From Sphyrna mokarran (Eukaryota), in NCBI GenBank assembly GCA_024679065.1, contig JAGIQG010000002.1, positions 64,170,001 to 64,234,000 on the forward strand: a stretch of 64,000 bases of DNA. Direction: 5' to 3'. Under the pieces are notes generated by a model. The model did not search any database, was not told where the DNA came from, and worked only from the letters and a program-made list of their open reading frames with translations. A program made the translations under genes and the position numbers. This document shows positions 13,201-28,200 of the stretch, piece by piece (position 1 is the first letter of the stretch; each line of letters begins with the position of its first letter).

Positions 13201-16200
13201 GCCAGGCATTCACGATGTGATCATCTGGCAACTATACCAACAAAACAGGTTCTAAAAATACTCTTATATTTGAAACTAAGAACTATAATTTCCTTTTTAG
13301 TTATTGCTCTTATGGTTGAGTGGGCAAAATGTGCCTTACCTTTTTTGTCCAAAAATGTTTTCTGTTGATATTAAATAGTCTTCCAGATTGTAACCTGTGA
13401 GATTGTATAGGATGTGTCCCTCATTATTTCTGTAGTGGGATGTTGTGGTATTTTGTGCAGGACATTGCTAGAAGGCAAAAGTAATCAGACAGTTACACCT
13501 CTTTAACTGAGGGGGTAAAGGCCACAGTACAAGATACTGCAAAGGGTGGGGAAATATTCAACAAAATAAATCAGTAAGTAATTATTAGTTGAAAACAAAC
13601 TTGAGTTTCAAAATTTTAAAGAACGTAGTAGTGTGAAAACTGAGGAAGAAAATAAATTTGCATCGTCATCAAGAGCCCCTTCTGGTTGGAGAAATGAAGA
13701 CGGATGTTCCATCTGCTATCAACAAATATTCGTTACCACGCAAAATGGTGGCAGACCTGTCTGAGTTAGAGGAGATGAGTTTCTCACCAACTCTTCATGT
13801 AGCGGTGCCTGAGCTCTGCCATCTGAAAATTTCAGGCCTTGAAATAATGTGTGCAGTTTTGATCCCCTTACCTAAAAATGACAGAATTGCCTCAGATAGG
13901 AAGAAACACACTTTCAGCTGACTGGTTCCTGGGATAAGAGGAATGTCCTATGAGGGCAGTATATATATGTTAGGCCTGTATCTCTGGTGTTGAGAAGAAT
14001 GTGAGATGATCTAACTGAAATGTGAAAATGTTTCGGAGGATTGACAACGTAGATATTGAGAAAATGTTTCTCTGGCTGGAAAATCTGGAATATGGAGTCA
14101 CAGTCTCAAGAAAGGAGGATGGCTATTTGGGATTGAGATGAGGATGGATTTCTTCATTCGAATAATTGTGAATCTTTGGAATTCTCTACTCACAGCTGCG
14201 GATGCTCGGTCTCTATTTTAGACAGAAATCAACAGATTTGTGGGACTAAGGGAATTAAGGATTATGAGGATAGAGTGGAAAGGATTGTGGATAAAAGATC
14301 AGCTTTAATTGTTTAATGGAGGAGCTCAAAAGGTCAAATTATCCATTCTAGCGGCCAGGTTTATACTCTTAAGTAAGAGAGGAAAACCTGTAAAATTCTC
14401 GTTCAGATGTAGGTGGCAGGGTTGGAATTAAGTTGTATCTGGATTCTAGCCCATGTTTTTGGTTCTGCCATTTTGTAGTGTCAGGGAGGACCATCGGATA
14501 ATCTTATACCCATGTCCCTTTCCCACACAAAGTGGCCATAACTTGATTAATTCAAAGAGTATTCTGAGAATTCCACACAGTTCATTCTTAAAGGGTTTCA
14601 TTGGAGCTGATGCCTATGCAGAATCCTGCTGACAACCCAGTAAAAATTTCTGATCCAAACACTAGTAATCAATCCTCGCAGGGATCAATTACCCTCATTT
14701 AAACATTATTGGCTCTGAATAGAGCTGTAGGTGTTTCAGACTATTCATGAATAACTTAATAAAACAATTTATGGATGTTCTTTTATACTTATCTGGACCT
14801 GAGCTTTTGCTTTATGTTGCCCCTGATCAATCTAGTTTATTCACCAGATGGCACTGTTAATGTAAATACAGTTGCAACAATTTTGGCTTTTATCATTCAA
14901 AGCAGCTAGAAAAAACGTAAGCTAGGTATTTAGGGACATGGTTAATTAAGAATTTACTGAAAATAATCCCACAAAATTCCCGTGGGAAAATAAGCACCGC
15001 AAATTTAGAGGACCATAAAATATAGTTGACTAAAGTTAACTGTTAACTTTCTAACTCTCTAATTTGTTCTTTGAAGATGTGCTTCTACAGGATTACAATG
15101 TTGCCTGTAACAGTGCTTTCTGCAGGTACATGCTCCAGCTTAGGACATACTGTTTTACACACATGCCCTTTCCTATGACTGCCGCTAACTTGAATATAAG
15201 CATAGTGTAATGACATCACTAAGAAAACTGGAATATAGCACCATACTTACTTATTAAAACTATATTGAAGGCAGCATCAGAAAGTTAAAATTCAAATTGA
15301 CTCTCCAGTGACAGATATTAATCAAATTTTAGCAAAATTATAATCAGTGGCAAGTCCCATCACCTCAATAGCATATTCTCTGCAAAAGCATAGAATTATT
15401 GACTGGAGACTTCTGGATTTTCAAATTCTTCTGATCATGGACTTCATCAGTTGCTGTTATTTTCAAAGGATTACAAATGGCAAACACCCAAAGTTGAACC
15501 ATCTGACTGGGTGTCAAATCTTGCTTTTTAATGCTCTTGTGAAGCATTTTAGGATGTTTCACTATATTAAAAGCACTTTCTAAAATATTAATGAATCCAG
15601 ATTGCCAGTATATAAACCTTTCACTAATTTCCTTTATTTATTTTTCATTCATTATTCAATGTTTTGATTTTGTTTGGTTTTTCTTCTACTAGTTTTCATT
15701 ATGAACTCTCATTTCAGAACTGATAACATTTCAAATCAGAAATATTACCAAATACTTCCACAGTTTGGAAACATGAGCTTTTGGAGCGCTGCCCCTTCAT
15801 CAGGTGAGACTCACCTGAGGATTGAGCAGCACTCCCAAAGCTCATGCTATCAAATAAGCTTGTTGGACTTTAACCTGGTGTGTGAGACTTCTTACTGTGC
15901 CTGTCCTGGTCCAATGCCAGTATCTCCACATCATGGCTTCCAAAGTTTAACAATGCAATAAGTGTTATTGCTCATGGGAACACTGGGAGATCTGAGCAAG
16001 AGAGATCTGACTAATAGGTATGAATTAAGCTTGCTATATTAAATTAATGTTCTCTGTTGCACATCAGTGAGTATTGAGAATTAATTAAGTTTTCCTACCT
16101 GATAACCAGCATCACAGTTACACTGGCCTATGAAGTTCTGTGGTTCTGTAGTTCCAACCCACCAACATGTGTTACTGTTTGTAAGAAAAAACAATGCATC

Positions 16201-19200
16201 AGTTTATCACTTAGATATTTTTTCAATAGAAGTAGTGCATATATAGCATATAAGTGAGCTTTGTGATTTGTCTGCATATCGATTCATTGCGTATTATGTC
16301 CAAGATTATTATAACACAGACAGATACCTAACAAAATTAACCATCTATATTTCTTGTTTCAGTCTTAACACATGGTAACACTCTCATGTAAAACTCAGAA
16401 AGTTGTGGGTTTGATCTTCATTCTTGAAATCTGAGCATGTAATCTAAATTGACACTTCAATGCAGTAGTCGTGTATTAGAGGTACTGTCTTTCAGATCAA
16501 GTATTAAACCAAGAACTCCACCAACAGGGGGACAAGATTTGCTCAAATTCTTGGGTTCAGAGCACAACTCTGGATATCTGATTTAAGTATTTATGGTCCT
16601 ACTATAATCGTTCAAAATAGGGCAACTTGGACACAACTTTGGATAATCTTTGGGCTTATTTCAAGCAGTGACACTCCCTCATTGAATGAACTATTCCATG
16701 TAAATTTGCTACCAAAAAATAAAGGATGGATTGCATTTAGTAGCCTGACAAATTAAGCCTTATATTTTAATCACCATCAAGATTCCTGAAAGAAAAATAA
16801 TGGCCAATATTTCCAGAAGATTTCTACTCTGAAGGAACAATTCCCTTTCTACTCTAAAGAAACAATCTCACTGAACTACCTGGATTAATTACAGTTTGCT
16901 TACTGATCAAGTCCACAGCAGATGCCATCTTCCTGGCTCTGCATTCAATCCTGAAATACCTAGATAATAAAGACACCTATATCAGCCTCCTATTTACTGA
17001 CTACAGCTCAGCCTTCAACACCATTATTCCTACGAAACTCATCTCCAAACTCCATGGCCTGGGCCTCAGCACCTCCCTCTGCGATCCTGGGGATCTTGAA
17101 CTTTTTAATCTACAGACCACAAATCAGGAAGGATAGGCAACAGCACCACCTTCACGATCATCCTCAGCACCAGTGTTCCACAAGGCTGTGCTCTCGGCCC
17201 TCTACTAAACTCCTTACATACCTATGATGGTGTGGCCAAATTCCCCTCCAACGCGATTTTCAAGTTTGCTGAAGACACCACCATAGTGGGCCAGATGTCA
17301 AAAAATGACAAGACAGAATATAGGAATAAGATAGAGAATCTGGTCTACTGGTGCGGCAACAACGACCTTTCCTTCAATGTCAACAAAACAAAGGAGATCG
17401 TCCTTTGTTCCTGTCAACATCAATGGGGACAAAGTAGAAAGTGTCAAGAGCTTCAGGTTTTTAGGTGTCCTGGCCCCCCATTGCAGACACTATAGTTAAG
17501 AAAGTCCAATGCCTCTACTTTCTCAGAAGACTAAAGAAATTTGGCATGTCAGCTATGACTCTGACCAACTTTTACAGATGCACATATAAAGCATTCTTTC
17601 TGGTTGCATCACAGCTTGGTATGGCTCCTGCTCTGTCCAGGATCACAGAAAACTACAAAAGGCCATCAATATAGCTCAATCCATCACACAAACCAGCCTC
17701 CTATCTATCGACACTGTCTACACTTCCCACCAGCATAATTAAGGACCTCACATACGCTGGACATTCTCTGATCAACCTTCTTCTATTGGGAAAAAGAGAC
17801 AAAAGTCTGAGGTCATGTACCAACTGATTCAAGAACAGTTTCTTCCCTGCTGCCATCAAGACTTTTCAATGGATTTACTTCGCATCAAGTTGATCTTTCT
17901 CTACACTCTAGTTATGACTGTAACACTACATTCTGCACTCTCTCCTTTCCTTCTCTATGAACAGTATGAATTGTCTCTGTAGCACATGAGAAATAATACT
18001 TTTCATTGTATGTTAATATATGTGACACTAATAAATCAAATCAAATCACATCTTGTCCAGTGTTTATTTTTCAATAGTTCTTTATCCAGATATGCGTTTT
18101 ACATTTTATAATTCCAAAAGACTACTTGGTTAGGTGGACTGATCGTACTAAATTCTCTCGGTTTACCTGAACAGGCACTGAAATGTGGCGACTAGGGGAT
18201 TTTCACAGTAACTTCATTGCGGTGTTAACGTAAGACTACTTATGACTAATAAATAAATTTTAACTTTAATTGCTCAAACTATACAAATTATTGCATTTTA
18301 GAATTTGCTCAGTTCACAGCATTGTCGAAGATAATTCGAAGATTAATATTTTTCTAATGTATACAAGAAATTAGTGGTTCTCAATTTTTTTTTGTTTTTG
18401 TCATTTATATTGCAGAATTTTTCTTGAATTTAAAATTGAAAGAAGGTAATCAAGGTAATACAGCAACTGCATTTGAAAGGTTTTGGATGAGATGCTACAA
18501 ATGAGGTGTATTAAGAAGAAAAATGCCCATGAAATTAACAAGGAAGCGATGTAATGGTTACAAAATTGGTTCAGAGATAGGAAACAGGTTGATTGGGGAT
18601 GGACGTTTTTAGGTCAATGAAGACTTTGCAACTTCTTTAAACAATCTAGATTCAGTTTTTTTTTAATGTGGGTATCACTGGCTGGGCCAGCATTTATTCT
18701 CTATCCTTAATTGAATTGAATGGCTTTCTCGACCATTCTAGAGGCATTTAAAGTCAATCATTTAAAGTTCAAGTCAAGAGCGGATAGGTTTTTAATTGAC
18801 AAGGGAATTAAGGGTTACGGGGAGAAAGTGGGAAAGTGGCACTGAACCACTACAGATCAGCCATGAGCTTATTGAATGGTGGGGCAGGCTCGAGGGGCTG
18901 TATGTCCTACTCCTGCTCCTATTTTTTATGTTCTTACATTGTGGATCTGGAATTACAGACCAGGTAAGGATGGCAGATTTCCTTCCCTGAAGGATATTAG
19001 TGAACCAAATAGTTTTTACAACAATTGACAACAGTTTCATGGTCATTATAAAACTTTCAAATTCCAAATTTCACCATCTGCCATGGTGGCATTCAAACCT
19101 GGGTCCCCACAGCATTACCCTGGGTCTCTGGATTACCAGTCCATGGCAATACCACTGTGTCACTGCTTTCCTGAAAAGAGTTATAAAGTTTGCAAATAGC

Positions 19201-22200
19201 AAGAAATTTGGTTAAGTAGTATTGGGAGTGATGCAAGATTATCATGGATTATTTTCTTACAAATAATCATTTAGTCATTTATTAGTGTACGTCTTATTCT
19301 TAGAATTATCTTCGACAATGCAGTAATCGGAGCAAATTCTAAAATGCAATAATCTGTATCGTTTGAACAAGTTACTTGAGCAATTAAAGTTAAAATTTAT
19401 TTATTAGTCCTAATAGCTTTACATTAACATTGCAATGAAGTTACGATGAAATTTCCCTAGTCGCCACACTCCAGTGCCTGTTCAGATAAACGGAGAGAAT
19501 TTAGTACAGCTAATCCACCTAACCAGCTAGTATTTTGGAATTATAAAATGTAAAGCAGATATCTGGATAAAGAACTATTGACTATTTATTTGTTTGGACA
19601 AATGATGTTTTTTGGAAAGTGCTTAATTAAAACTTCCATGCTACAGCCACAGTTGTTGTCATCATTGGACTGGGCAGGCCATGATCAAAGTGCTACACTG
19701 TTAAAAAACAGGACGGGTGTGATTTCCCAAGCCAATGGTGGATTTCATGGAGGCAGAGGGCCACTCTCTGGCGGTGGGATCGTGTGGTCCGTCTGCTGTC
19801 AGCACTGCCCAGAGACAAGGTTTACCATCCGCAGGAAAATCCGGCTGACAGGAGTGGCCAGAAAACACCAGCCAATGCCTCTTCAATATGTTAAATGGAA
19901 TAAAGGAAAACTGTACATGCAGAGGGGCTTAGCAGGCTAAAAGACAAGAGAAAAGACATGCAAGAGAAAATGATTGCATTCATTGGATTATACAGCCAAA
20001 AGACAAGGGTGTGTGAAGGGACTTTAATTAAAAGCACTGAATTATAAAAAAACAATGAAAAGAACACCTGGGTTTGAGTGGGTGGATGAAAATGCTAGTT
20101 AGAGCCTAACACCTCCCAGCTAATGAGCTAATAAGACAAAAGGGAAGAGAAGTAAGAAAAACTGGGAAAATGACAAACATTATTCTGTCCAGTAAGTAAT
20201 TGTAATATAAGATACGTTTGGAACTGTAAATTACTGTCTAAATTCTACGCTGTGTTGATCTTTGCTTTGTGATACCAAGAAAGATTTAACACAACTAACT
20301 GCTATCTGAATCCCCTGCAAAATCTTACAAAGGATTATTACAAACTTCAGGACAACATAAGATGATAACATGATCAGAAACATGGTAGATAGATTTTAAT
20401 GTGGAAACGTGTGAAGTGATACATTTTTGAGGACCAATTTGAAAAAATTTAGTACCATAAACGACATAGTTTTTAGAAGTGTGGATGATCAAACAGTTCC
20501 TGGAGTCCATATATTCCAATCTCTAAAGGTGGCAAAGCATGTTGATGGCATTGGTGGCATGATTAAAAACGCATTTCGGTAAGTGGATTTATAAACAGTG
20601 AAATGGAATATAAAAGCAAAGCGAACATGCTAATGATTTATAAAAAACTGGTTTTGTTGCAGCTGATGTATTGTAAACAATTCTGGACATCACATTTTAG
20701 GAAAGATGTTAAGGCCTTGGAGACTATTATGATTGATGTTTACCATGTTGTACTTGTGACAAGGGACTTCAGTTACAAGACTGTTTTAATGTATGATTTA
20801 TCTCAGAGCAATCCAGAGATTGCACTGCTCACAAACCCACAACAGGTTTAGTTCCAATACTCAAGATGATGAGAGATTTCTTGCACAGAATGAAGTAAAA
20901 ATAATGCTGAGGTGAGTGGATCATTAATTATAGGTCACAATCATTGTCAAAGGTCCGGGGGAATGTGAAGACATCTTTTCACTCAGAGTTGTTAGTATGT
21001 GGAATGCTGTACCTGAAATGGTGGAAGCTGATCCTATAAATAATTTGAAAAGAGAATTGAACAGGTATTTGAAGATAAAGAATTTACAGGGTCACAGATA
21101 AAAAATGAAGTAGTAAGAATATCATTAGTATTCCTTCAAAAGAGCTAGTACAAGCACAACAGATCAAATGACTTCCTTGTGTGTTACACTTCATATAATT
21201 CTATCCAATGAATTGCCTTATTTCACTTGGCTGGTTAAATTCTGTTAAGTCCACTAATGGGTTAATACTCTCATTTAATATAGCAGACAAGAGAATTCCA
21301 TACACCTCAGGCTAATATTTAAATCATTTAATTTCAAGACAAGAGAGTATGAAAAGGTATCATCAGTTATCAATTTTCTTGACATAAAGGCCAAGTTTCT
21401 AATAGATCACAGCTGGCTCCAGCAGGGTAAATGAACGGCACTGTGAGATTTATGGAAAAGAATGCAGGAAATATAAAAAGGGTCATTTACTGACTTCTCC
21501 AAATAGATATCTTCCAGAAGGTTTGCAGTAGCAAAACTGCCTCACTAATCACTTCTGTGTTCACTATTCAATGCTATCAATTTATCTCAAATCCCTTAAA
21601 CTTTCTTTTTCTTTCTCCAATGTTTTACTACTTTGTCCTGGACTTCTTTTAGAATAAGTAGCCAGCTTGTGCTGATCTATTATAAATATTCAAAGATGCA
21701 AGCGAATGGACAAAACATAAATGTTGGGTAATAGATCTTATGTTCACCGTTATCACCTGGAAATCACTGATCTGATTTGACTCAGGGATAAAAGAATTTC
21801 TCAGAATCTGTAGATGGGTGGCAAGCATTGGGGGTTGCATTGTCTCGCTGTAACATGGCAGAATGACTTATGTTTGATAGATCAGTTTACCTTCCTCATG
21901 AATTAATAGGTTTGGTCCCTAGCAGAAAATGCTCTAGAAGTAGTTACAGTCCGGGAGCAGCAAGATGGTAGAGCTTGGCGGATTACTGATAGCTAGGGAG
22001 GGGAGAAATATCCATTGACTGTTGGGTTAATTATCACTTTGGGTCTGATCAAGAGGAAGGAAAAATGTTAGCTTGTGATCCTGGGGTAACAACTCCTGAT
22101 AAATAACCAGAATTGGGTAAGCATCACCTCTTCAATGCAGCAAACTAAACCTTCCAATGGCTGACGGGTGTCCCAAGTCCCAGGAAACTCAGCCAGCCAG

Positions 22201-25200
22201 CTTGAAGGTGCAAGAGGGTTAATTTAAGGCCATCTCATTAAATATTTAAGTAAGTGACCTACTTCCCCAATCTCTATGAAATCCAGAAATGGGGAGGTCT
22301 AAGGAGGATGAAGTTCAAGTTTGAGATTTCTTCTAAATGTTAACATTCTACCTTATCCAAATTCATCCATTTTTGATGGTTTAAGTTATACCCTCTATGT
22401 TTCAACAAGTGGAAGCTGTCCATTCCTCAACACTAATAACCCTTAATGAGACAGTATAAACGAGAAGAATGAACACAGCATTATTTACTTACTGATTGGA
22501 AGCTTGGCCGATACAGGGTTCATTTATATGCAAAGACTTCAGCAAGGCAGAAGTCAGGTTTAGAAAATCCTTCTCACCAGAACTGTAGAGAGTAAGAAAA
22601 TCAGAGTTAGCGACAAGAAGATGATGAACATAGATTTATAAACTGCAGTCTATTCAAATAATTCCAGGAAGAGAAAAACTACAAAAATGAGGGGATATAT
22701 TTCATTGCTAAATTGGAAAACTAAAATCATAAACTACTGTGACTGTCACAGTCATTTTCACTAATACCCAATGAGAATAAAATTTAACATTTTAAGTATC
22801 AACTACAACCCCAAACACATTTACCCAATTAAATTGATTTGAATTATTTCTATAATTAATGACCTGAATTTTTCAGTCAGTGACAAAAGAATGGTGCTCA
22901 CTATTTGGAGCTGTTCACATGAGTTTGCATGACAACTAAAAATCACTGGAGTCTAAAATTGTAGTCTTTTCTACAGGAAATCTGGAGCTTGTGTAAACAA
23001 GGTAAGCGACAATGTCTCTCTCCAAACAAATTGAGAAATTTGATTGGGGCACATTAAATGAGAAACAGTTGCCTTGGTCATTGGATTTGAGAGTCATGAC
23101 CTGAGCACTAGGGCAGAGAGAAGATTTTAGGGTAAAGGATAATGTACTGGAAGCATTAATGGTGGAGATGGGCAGGGAGAAAGATACTGCAGCTCCATGG
23201 GGAGCGAGAGGATGTAGGAAGTCCTTAAGGACCACCTCAGAATGGTGAGGGAATGCTAGTTATGTCAATGTCTGGTACCAAGGCCCTGGGATACAATGCC
23301 ACAAGATGTAAAATCACCTTTGTTAGATGGGCAAGATTAACAAATTACCTTGACATCTCCTACCCAAAAGACGCGCTAGTTAGCTGCAATGGCCATGCTA
23401 AATTCTCCTTCAATGTTGCCACATGCCAGTGCTTGTTTGGGTACATTGACAGAGAATTTAGCACGGCCAATGCACCTAACCAGCACATCTCTCAGACTGA
23501 GAGAGGAAACCAGAACACCACACAGACACAGGGAAAACATGCAGACTCTGCAAAGTGACCGAGCTGGGAACTGAACACAGGTCTCTGACATTGTGAGGAA
23601 GCAGTACTAACCACTGTGATACAGTGCCACCCAATCAGATTTGATTCAGCTTAAGTACCTTTATGAATTCAATATCTATCCAGATTAACAATAATTAATT
23701 TAGAGATGAGATTTGAATGATGGAATTCATTTAGAGAAACAATTATTTTCAAGTTAACAGCCATCAAATACATTCAAGTCATTAATATTACATAAAAAGT
23801 AGCTTAAAAAGCTAGCATTCGATGCATTTAAATTACAGCTTTCATGTAGAAACAATAATGTGGCCACAAATCGAGCTTGATATTGATTGGTTCAGGACTG
23901 AAATTCCACTTGTAGCATGATTAAGAGTCTTGTGTAGCATTGCTAACAAAACTCTGATCAGGCCACGGAAACTTAGCAGTGAAATTATACTCCAGATCAT
24001 TTCAATGATTATTCCTTGCTACTAATATACCTTTACTCTTGTGTTTTCATATCAGCACACTCTTTCCTTTGATAGTAGTGTAAGCATTCAAAGGGTTTAG
24101 AGACTGATTAAGTTCAATAAATCCCAGCACGAATTTGCTTTTTGGCTGCTGCTAGGATGTTAGTGGAAGGAATTTATGTCTTTCCACAATCTAAATCATG
24201 GAGACCAGCCACTCATTAACCCAATGCTATTCAGAGTCAGAGGTCTTCATTCACCAGCACTATCTGTTAACAAAAAGTCCATTCCCACTGCCTGTGAGGG
24301 CAATCTTTATTAAACTTAAAGATCAATTCTAGATACTTGTGACTTTTGATTAAGGCCGAGAAAAGAAGCCGAAGCACCAGGTCTAAATAAAAAGGTAGGA
24401 ATTCCAGTATTCAAAGGGACAAAAACTAATTGGCACAATATTCTAATTGTGGCCTAAACAGTTTATAAAGCATGAGCATAACTTTGCTGTTCGACCTCTA
24501 TGTATGAAGCTCAAAGTCCTGTACACTTTGCTAACTAGTCAATGTCTTGCCACCTTCAGAGACCTAGGCATAAGAATCCCAGAGTTTCAATGTTGTCAAT
24601 TTAGAAACTGTTTAATGCACCCAGCTACAACAAATTGCAACAAAAATGCCTTATTTAAGACATGTTCTAAATATTAATAAGGGGGATTATTTTCTGGTAG
24701 CAATAGTTCAGAAACTGGCCTCTCTTCATTCATATACACAGAAGAGGAAAGATAACATAAAGGTAGATCTGCTGTTAAAGCAAAAGCACAATAAGTCATC
24801 CCACCTGTATATTCAGCTATTCTTCAGAACAAGCAGCAGGCCAGGAGATTCTCGTGTCAGCCAATTCACGGGGTTCACACAAGCATTTATGCCCCACTTG
24901 TATCTCCCAGTGCCAGCTCCATGCCGAAAATCGATGGGGAGATACTAAGACCATTTACATGGTCATTGTAATATAATTTAAGTATGCTTAGTGGATCTGA
25001 AACTGAAGGACTGAACTCTCCGGGTCCGCTAGCATCTTTCCCCCCTCCACCACCTGCCAGGATTAATCACTCCAGCTGGGATTAAAGTAGCTCCCCAGTT
25101 TTGGGGCACTAGTGGCCTCACTCTGCTGGACTGAAGAGGAAACAATCGGGGCCCCCCAGAGCGTCAGATAATGCCCCCTTGGCATTGGCATCCTGATAGT

Positions 25201-28200
25201 ACCAGCTCTGCCCCCTGGCCCTGCCTAAGGAGCAAAGTGCCAATGCCCAGGAAACACCTTGGCACTGCCCACCAGGCATGAGGCTGTGCCAAAGAGGCAG
25301 GGCATATGGAGGGCAGGACCTATGGGTGGGGGTGGAGAGTCCTGTTGCCACTCCGCATAGGGATCAGTTGGGGAAGGAAGGAGGCCAGTGATCTGGGCAG
25401 TGTCAGCTGGGGGAGGGGAAATAAACAGTGGGGCGTGGGAGTAGTCAGGGAGCCAGTGTTGCAGGGATTGAGGGGCTGGCCAGCGATCAGTCAGACTAGC
25501 AATCAGGAGCCGTCAGTGCGACAACCTCGGCACTGACAGACTGGCGCATGTGCAATGGCTTGCTCAGCGTGCTGATTTCCAGCAGGAATAGGCCCTACCC
25601 TCTGAAATTTAATGATATTCCCATTGGCAGCCTCTGCACAGTGTGTGGGAGATTCTTCCCTAACTCCCACTGAAAAATCCAATGCGAGTTACTCCAGTTT
25701 TCACAGAAATACGACACTTTGAATTTTTTGGGGAGAATTGCTTCTTTGTTTCTATTCAAGTAATCTAATTCCCTTTTGAATGTCTTGATTCAACCTGTAT
25801 TCACCACATTTCCAAGCAGTGAATTCCAGACCAAAACACATATTGTGAAAAAGTTTTTTTTCTCATATCACATTTGTTTCTTTTGCAAATCACTTTAAAT
25901 CTGTGCATTCTCACTTAATGGGGTTGGGAGTTATAGATAGGCCTGGTAGGTATGGATATGATCAACGCAACTTGTGGGTCGAAGGGCCTGTTTGTGCTGT
26001 AGTGTTCTATGTTCTAATTCTTAGAATCAGAAAGTCCCTGATCTTTTTCCCTTTCTGTTCTGTCCAGCCCCCTCATGATTTTGAACATCTCTGTCAAATC
26101 TCCTCTATTGTTCTTCTCACCAAGGAGAACTGTCCCAACCTCTCCAGTCCATCTTCATAACAAGGAGAAGTTCCTTGTGTGTGGGGCTGTGAGGTGAATA
26201 ATAATGATGTCTTACCTGAAGAACGAGACATCAGAATCTTTATACAGCTCTGGAGACAGTTTGAGTAAGGGATAATCAGCAGTTAAAGGTTTCACACTGA
26301 AAAGAGCCATTGCGAGAATGACAAAGAGAACAGGAAGCAGCAGGTTTGCAATGGCTCCTTTCCAATCCCTCCTTGTGCGGTGGAAGCGTTTGATCAGCAG
26401 AGCAGCCATCTGTTTCACAATCAGTCGCCATCCGGTTACTCGCTGGGCTCCAGCAAGGGCTGCACCTTATGGAAGACAAAAACATTGTATTCAACACAAA
26501 TTCTCTCAGCTGACTGCTCCACTGGATGGCTAGGAGGGTTGCAGACATTGGATAGGGTATGGGGAAGAGACTAGTTTACCAAAAATAGCAGAAGGAATCA
26601 CTTTGAGATACATGAATGAGAGATGATCTGAATGATGATTCGTCAGACTGACTGAAGCAGGGATTTGAGGGTATGGACAAAGGTGAAAGTAAGCTGGTAT
26701 GGTTCAGAATGGTGTACCAGTGACAAAGTGGTTGGGAAATTGGCTTGAAAACACTCTGTGAACTAAACTAAAATCACCCATAATGATTGCTGTACCTTTC
26801 TTACAAGGCCCCATTATTTCTTCCTGTCTATTTTGTCCTAGAGTGTAATTACTAATAGGGGGCCTAGAAATGACTTCTGTAAATGACTTGTCACCACTAT
26901 TATTTCTGACTCGATGTCTTAGGAACTATTATGGGAAAAAAAATACAACCGGACTGGTTTTCTTAATTGTCAATGGTAATACAAAATCGTGTACTAGATT
27001 AGTAAATCTGAAGCAAACCTTTTTTTAAAACCACTGTGGGATTAATTTGTTTAATGCATCTTTCACATGCCACATATGGATACATTAATGCTGCTCAGCA
27101 TTCAGTTGCAGGATGATCCTTTGGAGTGACTCAAATGTGACCAGATCATCTGTCAGGAGAGTCAATTTTACCCCTCTGTTGAGCGGAAATATGGAAAAAG
27201 TGTAATAAATATGTCAACAGGAGTGAGGCTTTGAGTCTTGAGTGAAGTAGGCAGCCAGGGAAACAAGCAGAAGCTTTAATAGCCAGCTCAAGTTGCAGTC
27301 CAGAGATAGCGACTAGGCCTCAATGTTTTATTGAAGTATGATTGGATGAAGTCTGTACGGCACACACTGGAGGCAATTCAGAACACTTCAGAAAAAGAGT
27401 TTGAAATTGACTTTGTGAGACCAGGAGGCGCATCAAAATGAAGGCCCTTCACTGATGGAATATTAATGAGACCAAACCATGAAAATACTTCCACTGGACA
27501 GGCCTCCCTTTCAATGGAAGCAGTCACATGATCCCATTATCTCCTCAGAGCAGCAATTTTTAAAATGATACCAAACCTTTGTATAAATGCTTTGAAATGA
27601 TATACATACAAGGAACATTAATAATTTTCCAGCATACAAGTCGGATTTCATTACTCACTGTCACTGTGAGTTGATTCAATGCTCTCAGACCTTAGAGACT
27701 CTGTATCCTGGCGTTCAGAAGCTGCTGGGCTTTGTTCATTCTGAAGCAACTTCAGAAACACCTGATGAAAGAGAAAGCAGAAAAAAATGACACAAACGTA
27801 GATCTAAAATGTAATCAGATTAATTTTTAATTACTTAAGTAAACTTTACATGGCATCTACAAAGCTTCAGACCTGTAGTTATCAAACATAACAGGAACAA
27901 AGTCAAAGTGTTTTATCTGGATTTATTCATTTTCATGTTGCCACTTGATTGGCAATACAACACTGCATTGATACTGGCACCAAAAAGGAAAACATTCGTT
28001 ACGTCACTTAGTTCTTCATTTGTTGCGCAGAGGATTTGAGCTGCTGTTAAAAACCAAACACTGAGCATACAGAAGGTCTAACACAGATAGGAAATATACA
28101 GTAAGTGTATATCAATAGGCAAGGGACCTGGGTGTACAGGTACACAGGTCACTGAAAGAGGAAATGCAGCTGGAGAAAGTAGTCAAGAAGGCTCATGACA

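Noticed and set aside
13340-13467. Suspected frameshift (pseudogene) in the NLEDYL exon
   Set aside because: Re-reading across the line break shows AAT CTG GAA GAC TAT in frame; the exon is intact
21891-21918. 28-nt AG…GT-bounded segment on the minus strand
   Set aside because: Not a multiple of 3 and contains an in-frame TAA; likely chance
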